In this document: piece after piece, positions 39,542-53,027 of the stretch | Layout of the letters: every line of letters starts with the position of its first letter | Position numbering within the stretch: position 1 is the stretch's first letter | Source: Octopus sinensis | Lineage: Eukaryota | DNA: 64,000 nt | Assembly: GCF_006345805.1 (NCBI RefSeq) | Contig: NC_043014.1 | Coordinates: forward strand, 51,336,001 to 51,400,000 | Direction of reading: 5' to 3' | The notes under the pieces: model-generated | Told to the model about the DNA's origin: nothing | The model's database searches: none | The model's input: the letters and a program-made list of their open reading frames with translations, nothing else | Program-made: the position numbers and the translations under genes

Positions 39542-42044
39542 AATATATATATATATATTATATATATATAGGAATCAAATTTTAATAGATTTGCACTTTC
39601 GAATCCGTAAAATTTTGTTCGTTTATATTTAATCCCACAGGAAATATTTTTACTTCTCCTCGTTTCCATCTCTAAAAATGTTAGAAGAATTCTGCTTCAT
39701 GCTATATATATATATATCTGTGTGTGCTAGCTTTACAATAGCTGTTGCCAAGTTCTTTGTTACTTTACATTTATAATCAATGTACTTTCAGTATGCTAAA
39801 CATACATTTATATCATAAATGGTGATACATTTGCCCACGTGCATGTACATATATACACACACAAATATGAAGATATTAACAAGATATATCCATATTATTT
39901 AAGTTCAGTACGAAATTGTTAAAAAATATTTAACAACTTCAAACAAAACTTGGGTTTATGAAACACACGCTCTGGAATTTATAAATGTGTGTGTGTGTGT
40001 GAATGTATGTGAATGCATGTATGTATAATGCATCGTAAATTTTTGATTGCACCTAAGAGATGTACTTCAGTTTCAGCTCGCAAATAGCAGAAATTTGAAA
40101 TGTTGGCGAAGTATTTTTTTATATAGCTCTCAGAAATTATTCCAGGGAATGAAATAAAAGAAAAAATAAGTTTTAGGAATAAAAGATTTCCTATTAAGAA
40201 AAACTGAGTTGAATTGCGTTCACCACAAAAGAAAGCCAAATATAGGTTCTTTTAGATTAGTCAATGTTGGTGACCTAAATGAAGCTATTTGTAGATCCTC
40301 AGAAGTAATGAATTTATAAATGATCTCAGACACATGGGTTATATAAAGGGATATTTAAGTATTGCTTTAAAATGACTGCGAATGTAAAGTGGTCCAGTGG
40401 TTAGGTTACTTGGCTCACGATCCTAATGTAGTGGGTTCAATTAGCAGCAGCGCATTGTGTCCTTAAGCAAGACACGCTTTTTCGCATTGCTCCGGTTCAT
40501 ATTTAAATGTTTTTATTAAATTCATTCAGTTGTTAAACATAAATAGATAAATGTTAGAAAGAAATGGTTTTGATTTACTGTGAGGTGACTTTTGGCCAAG
40601 TCTTTATATAAAAAAATTGAAATAAACTTCATTTTCCAATGTTTTACCAAAAATGAAAAACTTATTTGTCACTAAATGCGACTAATGTATTAGAAACACC
40701 AACATTGCTAGAAATAAGAGCTAAAATGCTGTAATGCTGCAGCCAAAGCACATAATTTTATACATACGACCTCGGACGATTATAGACCCTGTTTGAATAT
40801 TTTTGAGGGATTCTCAATCCGGGCAAAACACTTTTGGTTCAGTGGGCTAACAATAGTCGAGTACTAAAGAATTCCGCTTATTCTTATAGCAGGGTCCGGG
40901 GTTATATGTCACCATTCTCTATTTTAAATCCGTGGGCGTGCTCCAGATACACTGGTTTTTACTCAGTGATGTATAAGACGATGTATAAACAACGGTCATT
41001 ACATAATTCCCTTTATTGCTTTATTTAAGATAAATACGTTCACAAAATGACACACGCATATATATACATATTATATACTTTCATTCAGTCATGTCCCATA
41101 GTTTGTGCTTTACGCGTCCAAGCTTGGAAGATTCTACATCATTAAACTGTTCTCTAGCAAATATTGTCTGTTAAGAGACTGAATCTCTAACATTGTATAA
41201 ATAATGCAGTCACTGTGTTTTTTTTAATATACGAGAGTTTGGGTTTTTTTTCCAACATATTTGACAGTAGGTTTAGTGTGTGTGTGTGTTGGTGTGTGTC
41301 TGACTGCTTCTCAAAGGAGGGGCAAGCGTATACAATCCATATATTTCAGATAATTCGTTGATTTTCAATCTGATGAAAAACTCTGTTACTGACAAGAATT
41401 TTCTCAATGTTTAGGGGTTCGTTCAAGCGATGGCTTCATGCATTTCTTTTCTCTTGTACATTATTCACGGATAAATTCAATCAAGCCATGCATTCCGCTC
41501 AGTGCGAAACAAAACGATATATACAAACCACAGTGAAACGTCAACACAAAGAATACAACACCCAAAGAAGCAAACCATAAAAAAACGCTAAACGGTTCCG
41601 AAAACTGTTTACAGCGAAATAACGTTGTTAAACGTGGCAGAAGCTTTCAAGAAATTGAAAGCTTGTCTCAATAAATGCATGGAAGAATTAGTAAAGTGTT
41701 TCATGTTTTAATTTAATGACTCTTGTTTTATATTTATTGTTTTTTCTATTGCATAACAGTGCGTTCGCGCGTAGTTGTTTTTCTTCTCTTCATTGTATTG
41801 TAACCACTTATTTCCATGTAAAACCAAAATAAATAGAATAAATATATGAATAAACGATGCTTGTCAAAAAGGATTTTCTTTGGTTTTGCAAAAATTATTA
41901 AGTGGGCGCTAATGTATATATTGTTGTGAGCCGACTAGAAATTTGAGTTAATTTAAAATTTACACTGGGGATGTCGGAATAACTAATAATTATTTGAGTT
42001 ACCAACTCTAGTTAAGAAATGTACATGAAAGACATCCATTAATT

Positions 42045-42245
42045 TCTTCTTCTTCGTCGTCTTCGTCTTCGTTTTCTTCTTCTTCTTCTTTTTCTCCTTC
42101 TTCTCCTTCTCCTTCTTCTTCTTCTTCTTCTTTTTCTTTCTTCTTCTTCTTCTTCTTCTTCTCCTTCTTTTTCTTTCTTCTTTTCCTTCTCCTTCTTCTT
42201 CTTCTTTTTCTTTCTTTCTTTCTTCTTCTTCTTCTTCTTCTTCTT
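42045..42245. repeat. (CTT)n trinucleotide tract
   Basis: Direct inspection. Confidence 0.95.
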
Positions 42246-42254
42246 AGTAGAGTA

Positions 42255-42485
42255 GTAGCGAGTTGGTTGAATCGTTAAAACGCAAGGTGAAATGGCGAGC
42301 GGTATTTTTTTATTATTTTTTATCAGTCTATCGTTCTGTGTTCAAATTCCGCTGAGATAAACTGAGTCTTTCATCCCTTCGAAGTTGATATAGAATACGT
42401 ACCAGTTGAATCCTGTGATTGATGTAATCGACTTACCCCACTCCTCCTTCGAACTTACTGGCTACGTGCCAAATTTTGAAACCAT
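42255..42485 (+). mobile_element. SINE family B variant
   Basis: GCGAGTTGG..GTTCAAATTCCGC..GTGCCAAATTTTGAAACC, followed by (ATT)n. Confidence 0.75.
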
Positions 42486-42676
42486 TATTATTATTATTAT
42501 TATTATAAGATTTTCTTTCAATTTTGTTTCCGATTTTGCCGTATGTTATTTTTCGCATTGGACAGAATATTTCACATTGTTATTTGCGCTATACCTTGGC
42601 GCTCCCTGTACCCTTTCACCACAACTTTCTCCCTCTTTCTTCCTGTTTCTGTTGCACCTGTATTTCAAAGAGTAGT

Positions 42677-43058
42677 GGAGGCGCAATGGCCCAGTGGTTA
42701 GGGCAGCGGACTCGCGGTCGTATGATCACGGTTTCGATTCCCGGACCGGGCGTTGTGGGTGTTTATTGAGCGAAAACACCTAAAAGCTCCACGAGGCTCC
42801 GGCAGGGATGGTGGTGATCCCTGCTGTACTCTTTCACCACAACTTTCTCTCACTCTTACTTCCTGTTTCTGTTGTACCTGTATTTCAAAGGGCCGGCCTT
42901 GTCACTCTCTGTGTCACGCTGAATATCCCCGAGAACTACGTTAAGGGTACACGTGTCTGTGGAGTGCTCACGTTAATTTCACGAGCAGGCTGTTCCGTTG
43001 ATCGGATCAACCGGAACCCTCATCGTCGTAACCGACGGAGTGCTTCCATTCCATTTTC
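42677..43058 (+). mobile_element. SINE family C, tail type 2, young copy inserted in an older copy
   Basis: Intact head at 42677. TSD-like ATTTCAAAGAG at 42662-42672 and 43059-43069. Confidence 0.85.
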
Positions 43059-43548
43059 ATTTCAAAGAGCCAGCCTTGTCACACTGTGTGTCAGGTTAAA
43101 CACCACCGAGAATTACGTTAAGGGCATAGGTGTCTGTGGAGTGCTCAGCCACTTGCACGTTAATTTCACGAGCAGGCTGTTCCGTTGATCGGATCAACCG
43201 GAACCCTCATCGTCGTAACCGACGGAGTGCTTCCATTCCATTTTCATTTCAAAGAGCCAGCCTTGTCACACTGTGTGTCAGGTTAAACACCACCGAGAAT
43301 TACGTTAAGGGCATAGGTGTCTGTGGAGTGCTCAGCCACTTGCACGTTAATTTCACGAGCCGGCTGTTCCGTTGATCGGATCAACCGGAACCCTCATCGT
43401 CGTAACCGACGGAGTGCTTCCATTCCATTTTCATTTCAAAGAGCCAGCCTTGTCACACTGTGTGTCAGGTTAAACACCACCGAGAATTACGTTAAGGGCA
43501 TAGGTGTCTGTGGAGTGCTCAGCCACTTGCATGTTAATTTCACGAGCA
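42970..43548 (+). repeat. 187-bp tandem repeat (~3 copies) derived from SINE C tail
   Basis: TTCAAAGAGCCAGCC recurs at 43061, 43248 and 43435. Confidence 0.95.
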
Positions 43549-44796
43549 AACCTCGTTGCCATAATCCACGGAGTGCCACGATATAAACAAGAACTGCATA
43601 AGAAAAAATGGGAAATGCCTTTAGTTTAAACGAAGCCCCACGTATACATATACATGCATACATACATTAATATATATATATATATATATATAGATACACA
43701 CACACACACATAGATACATAAGTAAATACAAATGGTGTTAAGTTTTTTTATATCTACGTCACACCAAGGATCCACTGGTATGTCGGGTCTACAGTTATAA
43801 ATTGGATTTGATACTTGTACATATTCGGTTTTATGTTATTAGATGCAGTCTATAATGTTTTATTTCATTGTGAGTTCTATGCGGCCGTACCTAGCCATTT
43901 TTGACACCCTCCAAGTTGATGTGACTTTATTCTTAAGCATCCTCAATCCTCATAGCCAAATTTTATATTTTGTTGAAGGGTTATATTAGGTTGAAGAGAT
44001 TTGCACATCTACTGTGTGTGAAATTTCATTCACAAAAAATTCTTAGACCAGTGGTTATCGCAAAAGAAAAAATGCATTGCTCAAGAGATGAAATTGAACA
44101 CCGATCCATGAGAGTTCCAATGACAGCTTCTTAAACCAGCAATCTTGTCTTCATTTCTTAAACTACACGTTAATACTGACATCTATGGATTAAAACACAA
44201 AGAACAACAGAAAAATAAATTCAAAATATAGCAATAAATAAAAAAAGGGAAAATATGAAGAAAAACCAAGTGGACAGATTCTATCGTCTGCTTCAATGAA
44301 ATCCGCTTCATTTCCAAGTAATACAATGGCGCACACGATGATTTCTGATTTGCGTAGAGTGAAGCGGAAGAAAGCAATTTTCAGATTAATTTTACAGTGT
44401 GTAAGTTATATAATTTCCCGTTTTAGTGCACGTATCTTATTTACACGTCAGGTAACTAACAACAGTATCACCTTCACTTATATATTATCACCTTCACTTA
44501 GATATTAGTGCATTAGAAGCCTTGTGTAGGGCACACACAAAAGCGTGCATCATGTATGCACATATATACACGCACGCCCAGCAGCTATTTATATAATAGA
44601 GATCCAAAAGAGATTAACCTAACAAAATTCGAATTTTTACATAACGATCAGTAGGGACAATAAATCTGCATGAATGCAATCAATGCGTATACATTTAAAG
44701 TGTACACTCGTACACACACATATACCTACAAACATACGTACGCACATACATATATATTTCATTACATAAATATATATATTATATATATATGATAGA

Positions 44797-44980
44797 TCCT
44801 TAGCCACTACACGCAGTTTTTTCCATCCTTGTTTTTCTCCTTGTTTTTTTGTATCCCTTTCTGTAGAAGAGCATAGACTCGAAACGTAAAAGACTTTTTC
44901 TATTCCTGAGCGTTATACTAATATATCTGTTTGTTTTGTACACCACCTGTCTTTTGTTTTTTTTTCGTAAACTCTCCCTA
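44797..44980 (+). mobile_element. PLE-type terminal repeat (pseudo-LTR-like short element)
   Basis: GAAGAGCATAGACTCGAAACGTAAAAGAC motif, flanked by (TA)n. Homologous to 62478-62665 (-). Lies directly upstream of the PLE coding remnant. Confidence 0.6.
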
Positions 44981-45039
44981 TACATACATACATACATACA
45001 TATATATATATACATGTATATATATAGGGAAATAGTTAA

Positions 45040-46000
45040 AACGTTGTAAGGATTAGGTATTGATAAAAATTGGCTACCTAAATTGTCCGGTGAAAGTAAT
45101 TGTGGACCAAGTAAGACTTAAATTCATTCGCCGTTGCCTATCAATTTGTATATCGGAAGTTCAAACACCGAATAAATCCAAAATGAATTCACATAAAACT
45201 GTAGAATATGGTTCCCCTCACGTCTTTACTAATAACTGCATACATAGGAATATGTTAAGAAATATTAAGTTTAGAGATGTAGTTGTAATGGAATGAATCA
45301 ATCCGCTTAATTGTAATTAGTAGTAGCAATAATAAAGATGAGTGAAATAATGAGAATGGCAATGGTAATAGTAATTAATGATAATGATGAGGACCATAAT
45401 TATCAGTGATAATGACAATATGAACAATGGTAATGGAAAAAGTAAAATGAATCTGAAGTACGTTTCATGAATACAGACCACGTGTATATCAAATGTTTCT
45501 TTTCATTATACAGAAGGGGTTCCCAGCTCAACTTGTAATATTGACAATGGATGGATTGGGAAATTTTCTGGACGAAAAATCACTAGATAATTGGCTTAAC
45601 CGGTTATATAATTGTAAAAACGATGAAGAATGTCCATTAGATAGTCAATGCTTAAGAACAGCCTAGTTTCTAAATACACACTAACGACAGAGGAATATAC
45701 TTACTTTAATATAGGTTCCTGCATAATGAGTTTAAGTGGAGGTCATATAATCACCTTTCTTCGTTTAAATATAAAGTACAGTAAAAAATAAACGAAAACT
45801 TCACTTCTTTCTACCTAACATTACTGGAAAGAAGTATTAGAGATGATATCAAATGGGTTGTAATAGGCAGTGCACTAACGTATAATGGAAGGAAACTAAA
45901 ACGCAGCCTATGCCGCGGGGAGACATTACATATCCTTACATCCAAATCTAACATCTTAAATTAAAAAAAAACGATTTAATGTCAAAATGTGCACATTAAG
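45040..46000 (+). mobile_element. Decayed Penelope-like element (PLE): RT C-terminal linker remnant plus GIY-YIG endonuclease, with frameshifts and stops
   Basis: Manual translation from 45601 across frameshifts gives YNCKNDEECPLDSQCLRT/SLVSKYTL..YFNIGS/NEFKWRSYNHLSSFKY..IKWVVIGSALTYNGRKLKRSLCRGETLHIL..ILN/DLMSKCAH. This follows the PLE pattern CNC..CPL.G.CL..YIG..FK.R..NH..SF..IKW.I..C.LC..E..LN..L..KCRH. Confidence 0.85.
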
Positions 46001-47474
46001 AATTTTAAAATCTTCCCAAATAAATGGAGTACTAATTAGTGTACCATATAATTAATGTACCATACTAAATAGTGTACCATAACTTGCATCTGCATTTCTC
46101 TGTCCAGTACAATTCGAATATTTAGCATACCTGGTATTATTTAGTAGATACAATAAAATTATTTCATCAACTTATTTATCTTAATTTTCTAATTATTGCT
46201 GTTAGTGTGTGTATTAATTTAATAAAGAATATTTGCGGTTGTTTAATTATTTCTAATTATCTGGAATTATTGTAAACATTCATTTCTATTTTAAATCTGT
46301 TAATAATCTTTTAAATTTTTTGTTTTCTTTATTTAACTTATTGTATCTTAATCATATTACAGCTATTTAAATTTTAAAAATAAATTTTAAGAAAACTAAT
46401 TTTTTAAAACAGAATAGAATTATACATTGATAATATTCCTTTGGAATTCTTATTAAGTTAATCTTTCTTCTAGTTATTATATTTTAAATTAATACTGAAG
46501 AAATAAAATTTACACCGTTCCTAAATAATACATCTGTCAATAGATTGGTTCTACGTATCTTCTCCGCACATTTGAGTCAGTAATGATTTTAAACAGAAAT
46601 GTGGTGGGGATTTTTGGGATAAAACATGTTTAAGTTGCCCACTGGGATACTTGGATCTAAGTGTCAAAGGACAATTCTATCACGATCTGACAAATACCAT
46701 TCCTAATCATGTCTGCTAAAAAATATCTCTTACACCCTATACTGATCTCTGTGATTGCTAGTTTTACTACTAATGCCATTCAAATGTTTGTTTTGTAATT
46801 CAAGAAGGATGATATACCTTTGATAGGATGGCGTTAAATTTCTCTAATTCTGTAGTATCTTAGTTCATCAAATAGCTCGATTAATATACATGATTAAAGC
46901 ATCGAAAAAATTTTGAAAATTGCCAATCTATCTGAAACGTACATAAGCTGATTAAATGGTGCATGTTCCTCCTTCCCAATTTTGTGTTTATAAATATGTG
47001 TGTAGGTGTGCATATACGTATGAGTGTGTTTCAAATTGCACATGCCTAAATATGCAACTACATTAGCAAAATTTAGGAGCATATTTACGTATAACTTATA
47101 AATAAAAGGACAAGAAAAAAAACAGATTTTTATGTGTTTACGAATGAAATCTCTTCTAAATCTATCTGTAGTTAAAGTAAGATTTAAGTGGGTAATCGAA
47201 GTGCTTTAGATAGAAAATTGGTCGGCTATGCGTTCAGATATTCTCCCAGAACTTCAATGCCAGCTATGCAGTCAATGGTATATCGATCCTCATCGATTCA
47301 TTTCGAGCATTGTGCCAAAACAAAATCGGATAGTTTGCCATACCAACTAAAGAATTCTGATTGCATTGGTTTTTGTGTATGTACACGAAGGTTTAAAGAA
47401 GCAAAGTCAATAAACTTTACAGACCACCGGGGAAAAATCTCAAATACTAATTCTCAGCGAAATAGCGGATGGAC

Positions 47475-47526
<52 letters not shown>

Positions 47527-48254
47527 GTACATAGTGATATAATGATTGGAGTGAAGGAGGTGGAGAGCAGAGTGAGTTGGAAAAAGCATAGGCGAAAGAG
47601 TAAAGCACAAAATTATCGATATATACATGACTACATTTAGATGACGCAGCAAACGTGAAAGTATGAAGACAGAATTCAAATGATGAGAAATTTTGTACTA
47701 CATACACTTGTTTGTGTATAAATAACAGCGTCATAATATACATATATATACATATATATATATACACACATAACTTTACTAAATAACGAACTGAGGCAAC
47801 TTAAAATATGGTGCTAATGAAACATATTTACTTCTAAAGTTTCGTGACTCAAGGGCGAAGAGTTTAACCTTTATAAAAGATTGAAATATATATATATATT
47901 TTAAATACGTATGTGAAAAGATATTTCCACAGCTATATAAAGAAGGAATTCACAAAATAGTATTTGATAACTAGCTTGACCAAAGGCCTTGGTTATTGAG
48001 TCACTTCTGTAAACATGCAACCGAGTATGATTATACATTCATATAATATATATATATACCTGTGACCTCAGATATATATATATATATATAAAAGAGGTCA
48101 CAGGTATTTGACGAAACATTCACGGACAATCAGAACTGTAATAAACAAGTAAAGAACAAATATATGGTACGTGTGTTTATTTGGTATAAGGAAAATTACA
48201 CCTGCCTTCGTCTTTTGGCTTTCTTTGAAAAATCCTACTATATATATATATATA

Positions 48255-48548
48255 TCACGTGACCGACCAGGCTATCAGATGTTGCTACACATGGCTGGTC
48301 ACAATGCGCTTCGCATTGTTTTAACCTTCAAATAACGCCATCCCGCTGGCTAAGCGAGCAGGCCAACAGAGGAAAGAGTGAGAGAAAGTTGTGGCGAAAG
48401 AGTACAGCGGGGATCGCCACCAAACCCCCCTGCCGGAGATTCGTGGAGCTTTAGGTGTTTTAAACACTCACAATAAACACTCACAACGCCCGATCTGGGA
48501 ATCGAAACCACGAGTCCGCTGCCCTAACCACTGGGCGATTGCGCCTCC
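48255..48548 (-). mobile_element. SINE family C, tail type 1
   Basis: Homologous to 16424-16702. Confidence 0.85.
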
Positions 48549-48555
48549 ATATATC

Positions 48556-48590
<35 letters not shown>

Positions 48591-49697
48591 TTATATATAT
48601 GTATGTATATAGGAATATGTGTACGTACACACACATACGCAATCACACAATACACACTTGCATACACACATGCAGGCGCGTCTTCCGAGTATATCGAAAT
48701 AAATCTTACTGCAACAAAAACGAAGAATGGGCACAAAGCTCTCGCTTGACAAATTGTCTTCCAAAGCAGATAATCTTCGCTCTAACTCAAAAGAGAAACA
48801 TGCGTTCATTTATATGCATTCGTCAGCGTTTAATATCTACATTCCTATAAAAATCGCCATGTAGTATTATAATTTATTCATATTTTACATATGGAAATCG
48901 TGAATAAATATTGCCTTCTTGATAGTTTTACAATAGCTCATGTATTGATTCTCTGCATTTCAGGTGGCGAAAGTGAGAAACTGTTTATCGGATAATCGGT
49001 TTTCTTGCAGATCTATATCAATAATTGGTGTATACATACATCAGCATATACACTGACACGCCAGCAAGCGCATACAAACGTGTGTATATAGATATATGCG
49101 TACGTGTATATATATATAATGTATGTGTATATATATATGTGTGTGTATGCGTATATATATGTGCATGTATGTATATATATGTGTGTGTATATATATGTGC
49201 GTGTATATATATATATGTATCTATATATATATAGATATAATGTATGTGTGTGTGTATGTATATATATATAATGTATGTGTGTACATATATATATATGTGT
49301 GTATGGATTTGTATGTTTGCGCAACGAAGGACGGAAAATGTCTTCCGACCAGATACAGAGAGAGAAAGAGTGTGCCAGCGCGAAGGAAGGATCGAATCTT
49401 GCTACTTTACACAAGAGATGTCAGATAAATGAAATGGAGAATGAACAAAAAGATAGACTGAAGAAGGAGGTTGAAAATAAGAGGTAGTAATAGAGTCAGA
49501 GGGAATACAAAGTCCGAAATTATTGTCAAGAATAGAAGGAAAGGAAACGCCTTTCGTAGCAGTCCTAACAGGAAATTACGAATATGTGAACTTGTAGAAG
49601 ATTGAAGAGAGAAAGGTGGACTTGTCAATTAGAGATTCTGGTAGAAAACGTAACAATATTGAGCTTGCATTTCTGGAAGTATATTCGAACCACGAGG

Positions 49698-50084
49698 CCT
49701 TCTTCTTCTTCTTCGTCTTCGTCTTTTTCTTTTTCTTCTTCATTTTCTTCTTTTTCTTCTTCTTTTTCTTTTTCTTCTTCTTTTTCTTTTTCTTCTTCTT
49801 CTTCTTGTTCGTCTTCTCCTCCTCCTTCTTCTCCTCCTCCTTCTTCTACTTCTACTTCTTCTTTTCCTTATTTTCCTCCTCCTCCTTCTTTTTCTTCTTC
49901 TTCTCCTTCTACTTCTCCTTCTTTTCCTTATTTTTCTCCTCCTCCTTCTTTTTCTTCTTCTTCTCCTTCTTCTTCTCCTACTTCTTTTTCTCTTCTTTTT
50001 CTTTTCCTTATTTTTCTCCTCCTGCTCCTCCTTTTTCTTCCTCTTCTTCTTCTTCTTCTTCTTCTTATTATTATTATCATTATT
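49698..50084. repeat. (CTT/CCT)n tract with internal ~60-bp duplications, ending in (ATT)n
   Basis: Direct inspection; CTTTTCCTTATTTT recurs three times. Confidence 0.95.
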
Positions 50085-50305
50085 AGGCGGCAGGGAGTTG
50101 GCAGAATCGTAAACATGTAGGACCAAATGCGTAGCCGTATTTCGTCTGCCGTTACGTTCTGAGTTCAAATTCCACCGAGGTCGACATTGCCTGTCATCCT
50201 TTTGGAGTCGATAAATCAAGTACCAGTGAAACACCGGGGGTCGATGGAATCGACTAGTCCTCTATCCCCTAATTCCAAGCTCTCAGCCTTAAGTAGAAAG
50301 GATTA
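50085..50305 (+). mobile_element. SINE family B variant
   Basis: GGCGGCAGGGAGTTGGCAGAATCG..GAGGTCGAC..GTAGAAAGG, flanked by (ATT)n. Confidence 0.8.
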
Positions 50306-50759
50306 TTATTTCGACGGTCTGAATCTATAGTTGAAAACGCTTGATCAGGTTACCGTGTAGAAGGACTGCTCACGCGCTTATCACAAACAAATCTGTGTTC
50401 ATGTTATTATAAAAACAACTTTTTTTCTGTTAAATTAAAGGATTACACACTACATTTGTTAGAGTACAAATTTCTTCTTCTTTAATAAGAGTACTGACAA
50501 TTTCGACCTGATTACCCATCACCGAAGGAAAGAGCAGGATTCTTGCAATTAGAGAAGATTATATATACACAGATAAATGTTTTATTCTGAAACGCAGAAT
50601 ACTGCTTGTATAATAGCATGAGAATGATAAATTATATAAATTTTCTGCAAAATATCGGTAATCTATCCTGTCCATGCTATTATATTAGCATTATGCTGCG
50701 TTTGAGAATAATTTCCTTATCTGTATCTTATCTGTATCTTTGTTTACTTTCATCGTAAG

Positions 50760-50814
<55 letters not shown>

Positions 50815-50816
<2 letters not shown>

Positions 50817-50878
50817 AAATATTACATTATATAATTAGGGCTTAGTAAAATAAATTACTTTGCCACATACTGGACTTA

Positions 50879-50921
<43 letters not shown>

Positions 50922-51509
50922 GAGAGTATGCTGCAAAGTTACACGCCGTGAGAAAAAGAAAATACAGGAGAGTTCCTTAATTATCTTTTTATTCAACATA
51001 TTCCCCTCTCAGAACCATTCAGTTAAGACCTGTAAAAGAACTCTGCAGTTTGGGACTTCCAGCCAGTCCTTTCGCGACATCCTTAAAGCCAGTAGCTTTT
51101 CGCTGCCCTCTCGTATATATATCTTGATTCTTGTTTCAGTCATTGGACTGCAGCCATGTTGGGGACACTGTTTTGAATAGTTAAGCCGAACAAATTGATT
51201 TAGTTTTTAACCTATGGTACTTATTCCAAAGGTGTCTTTTGTCAAAACTTCTCTCATGGCCATGTGACAAACCGATACCTGTTATGAAGCTGTGATAAAG
51301 GACGAAGAAAGAAAGAAAGATATACGTCCCCATATGTGACAATCTTCATTCAGTTTCCTTCCGCCAAATCTATTCGCAACGCTATGCTCATTCCGTGGCT
51401 GTAGTAGAAGAAACCTGCACGAATTACCGCACAGTAAGACTGAACACTATGCCACGTGTATAAAAAAAGATTCTCTCAACAGTACAGCATCGCTGATATA
51501 TACATATAT

Positions 51510-51557
<48 letters not shown>

Positions 51558-51630
51558 ATATATATACAAAATATTACATTATATAATTAGGGCTTAGTAA
51601 AATAAATTACTTTGCCACATACTGGACTTA

Positions 51631-51669
<39 letters not shown>

Positions 51670-52257
51670 GAGAGTATGCTGCAAAGTTACACGCCGTGAG
51701 AAAAAGAAAATACAGGAGAGTTCCTTAATTATCTTTTTATTCAACATATTCCCCTCTCAGAACCATTCAGTTAAGACCTGTAAAAGAACTCTGCAGTTTG
51801 GGACTTCCAGCCAGTCCTTTCGCGACATCCTTAAAGCCAGTAGCTTTTCGCTGCCCTCTCGTATATATATCTTGATTCTTGTTTCAGTCATTGGACTGCA
51901 GCCATGTTGGGGACACTGTTTTGAATAGTTAAGCCGAACAAATTGATTTAGTTTTTAACCTATGGTACTTATTCCAAAGGTGTCTTTTGTCAAAACTTCT
52001 CTCATGGCCATGTGACAAACCGATACCTGTTATGAAGCTGTGATAAAGGACGAAGAAAGAAAGAAAGATATACGTCCCCATATGTGACAATCTTCATTCA
52101 GTTTCCTTCCGCCAAATCTATTCGCAACGCTATGCTCATTCCGTGGCTGTAGTAGAAGAAACCTGCACGAATTACCGCACAGTAAGACTGAACACTATGC
52201 CACGTGTATAAAAAAAGATTCTCTCAACAGTACAGCATCGCTGATATATACATATAT

Positions 52258-52307
<50 letters not shown>

Positions 52308-52378
52308 ATATATACAAAATATTACATTATATAATTAGGGCTTAGTAAAATAAATTACTTTGCCACATACTGGACTTA

Positions 52379-52417
<39 letters not shown>

Positions 52418-52987
52418 GAGAGTATGCTGCAAAGTTACACGCCGTGAGAAAAAGAAAATACAGGAGAGTTCCTTAATTATCTTTTTATTCAACATATTCC
52501 CCTCTCAGAACCATTCAGTTAAGACCTGTAAAAGAACTCTGCAGTTTGGGACTTCCAGCCAGTCCTTTCGCGACATCCTTAAAGCCAGTAGCTTTTCGCT
52601 GCCCTCTCGTATATATATCTTGATTCTTGTTTCAGTCATTGGACTGCAGCCATGTTGGGGACACTGTTTTGAATAGTTAAGCCGAACAAATTGATTTAGT
52701 TTTTAACCTATGGTACTTATTCCAAAGGTGTCTTTTGTCAAAACTTCTCTCATGGCCATGTGACAAACCGATACCTGTTATGAAGCTGTGATAAAGGACG
52801 AAGAAAGAAAGATATACGTCCCCATATGTGACAATCTTCATTCAGTTTCCTTCCGCCAAATCTATTCGCAACGCTATGCTCATTCCGTGGCTGTAGTAGA
52901 AGAAACCTGCACGAATTACCGCACAGTAAGACTGAACACTATGCCACGTGTATAAAAAAAGATTCTCTCAACAGTACAGCATCGCTG

Positions 52988-53027
<40 letters not shown>
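50815..53027 (+). repeat. Near-identical 3 x ~750 bp tandem duplication
   Basis: Unit starts CAAAATATTACATTATATAATTAGGGC at 50815, 51567 and 52315. Each unit holds a mariner-MITE remnant and a degenerate family A SINE; junctions lie in (TA)n. Confidence 0.95.

Noticed and set aside
42677-42750. tRNA gene
   Set aside because: A/B-box-like head continues directly into a SINE body found in several copies; no proper cloverleaf or terminator.
42970-43548. CRISPR-like array or repeated 81-aa protein
   Set aside because: There are no unique spacers; the units are SINE tail duplications in a eukaryotic context.
45496-45666. Host coding exon after the TTTCTTTTCATTATACAG acceptor
   Set aside because: The reading frame runs into the PLE endonuclease remnant and stops; transposon origin explains it.
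48950-48970. TTTCAG|GTGGCG and similar AG|GT sites (21838, 34916, 44451) as recursive sites
   Set aside because: The regenerated donors are weak, or the pyrimidine tracts and AG-free zones are short.
49602-50234. Arg/Lys-rich (protamine-like) and Ser/Pro-rich ORFs
   Set aside because: They are translations of a (CTT/CCT)n tract running into a SINE.
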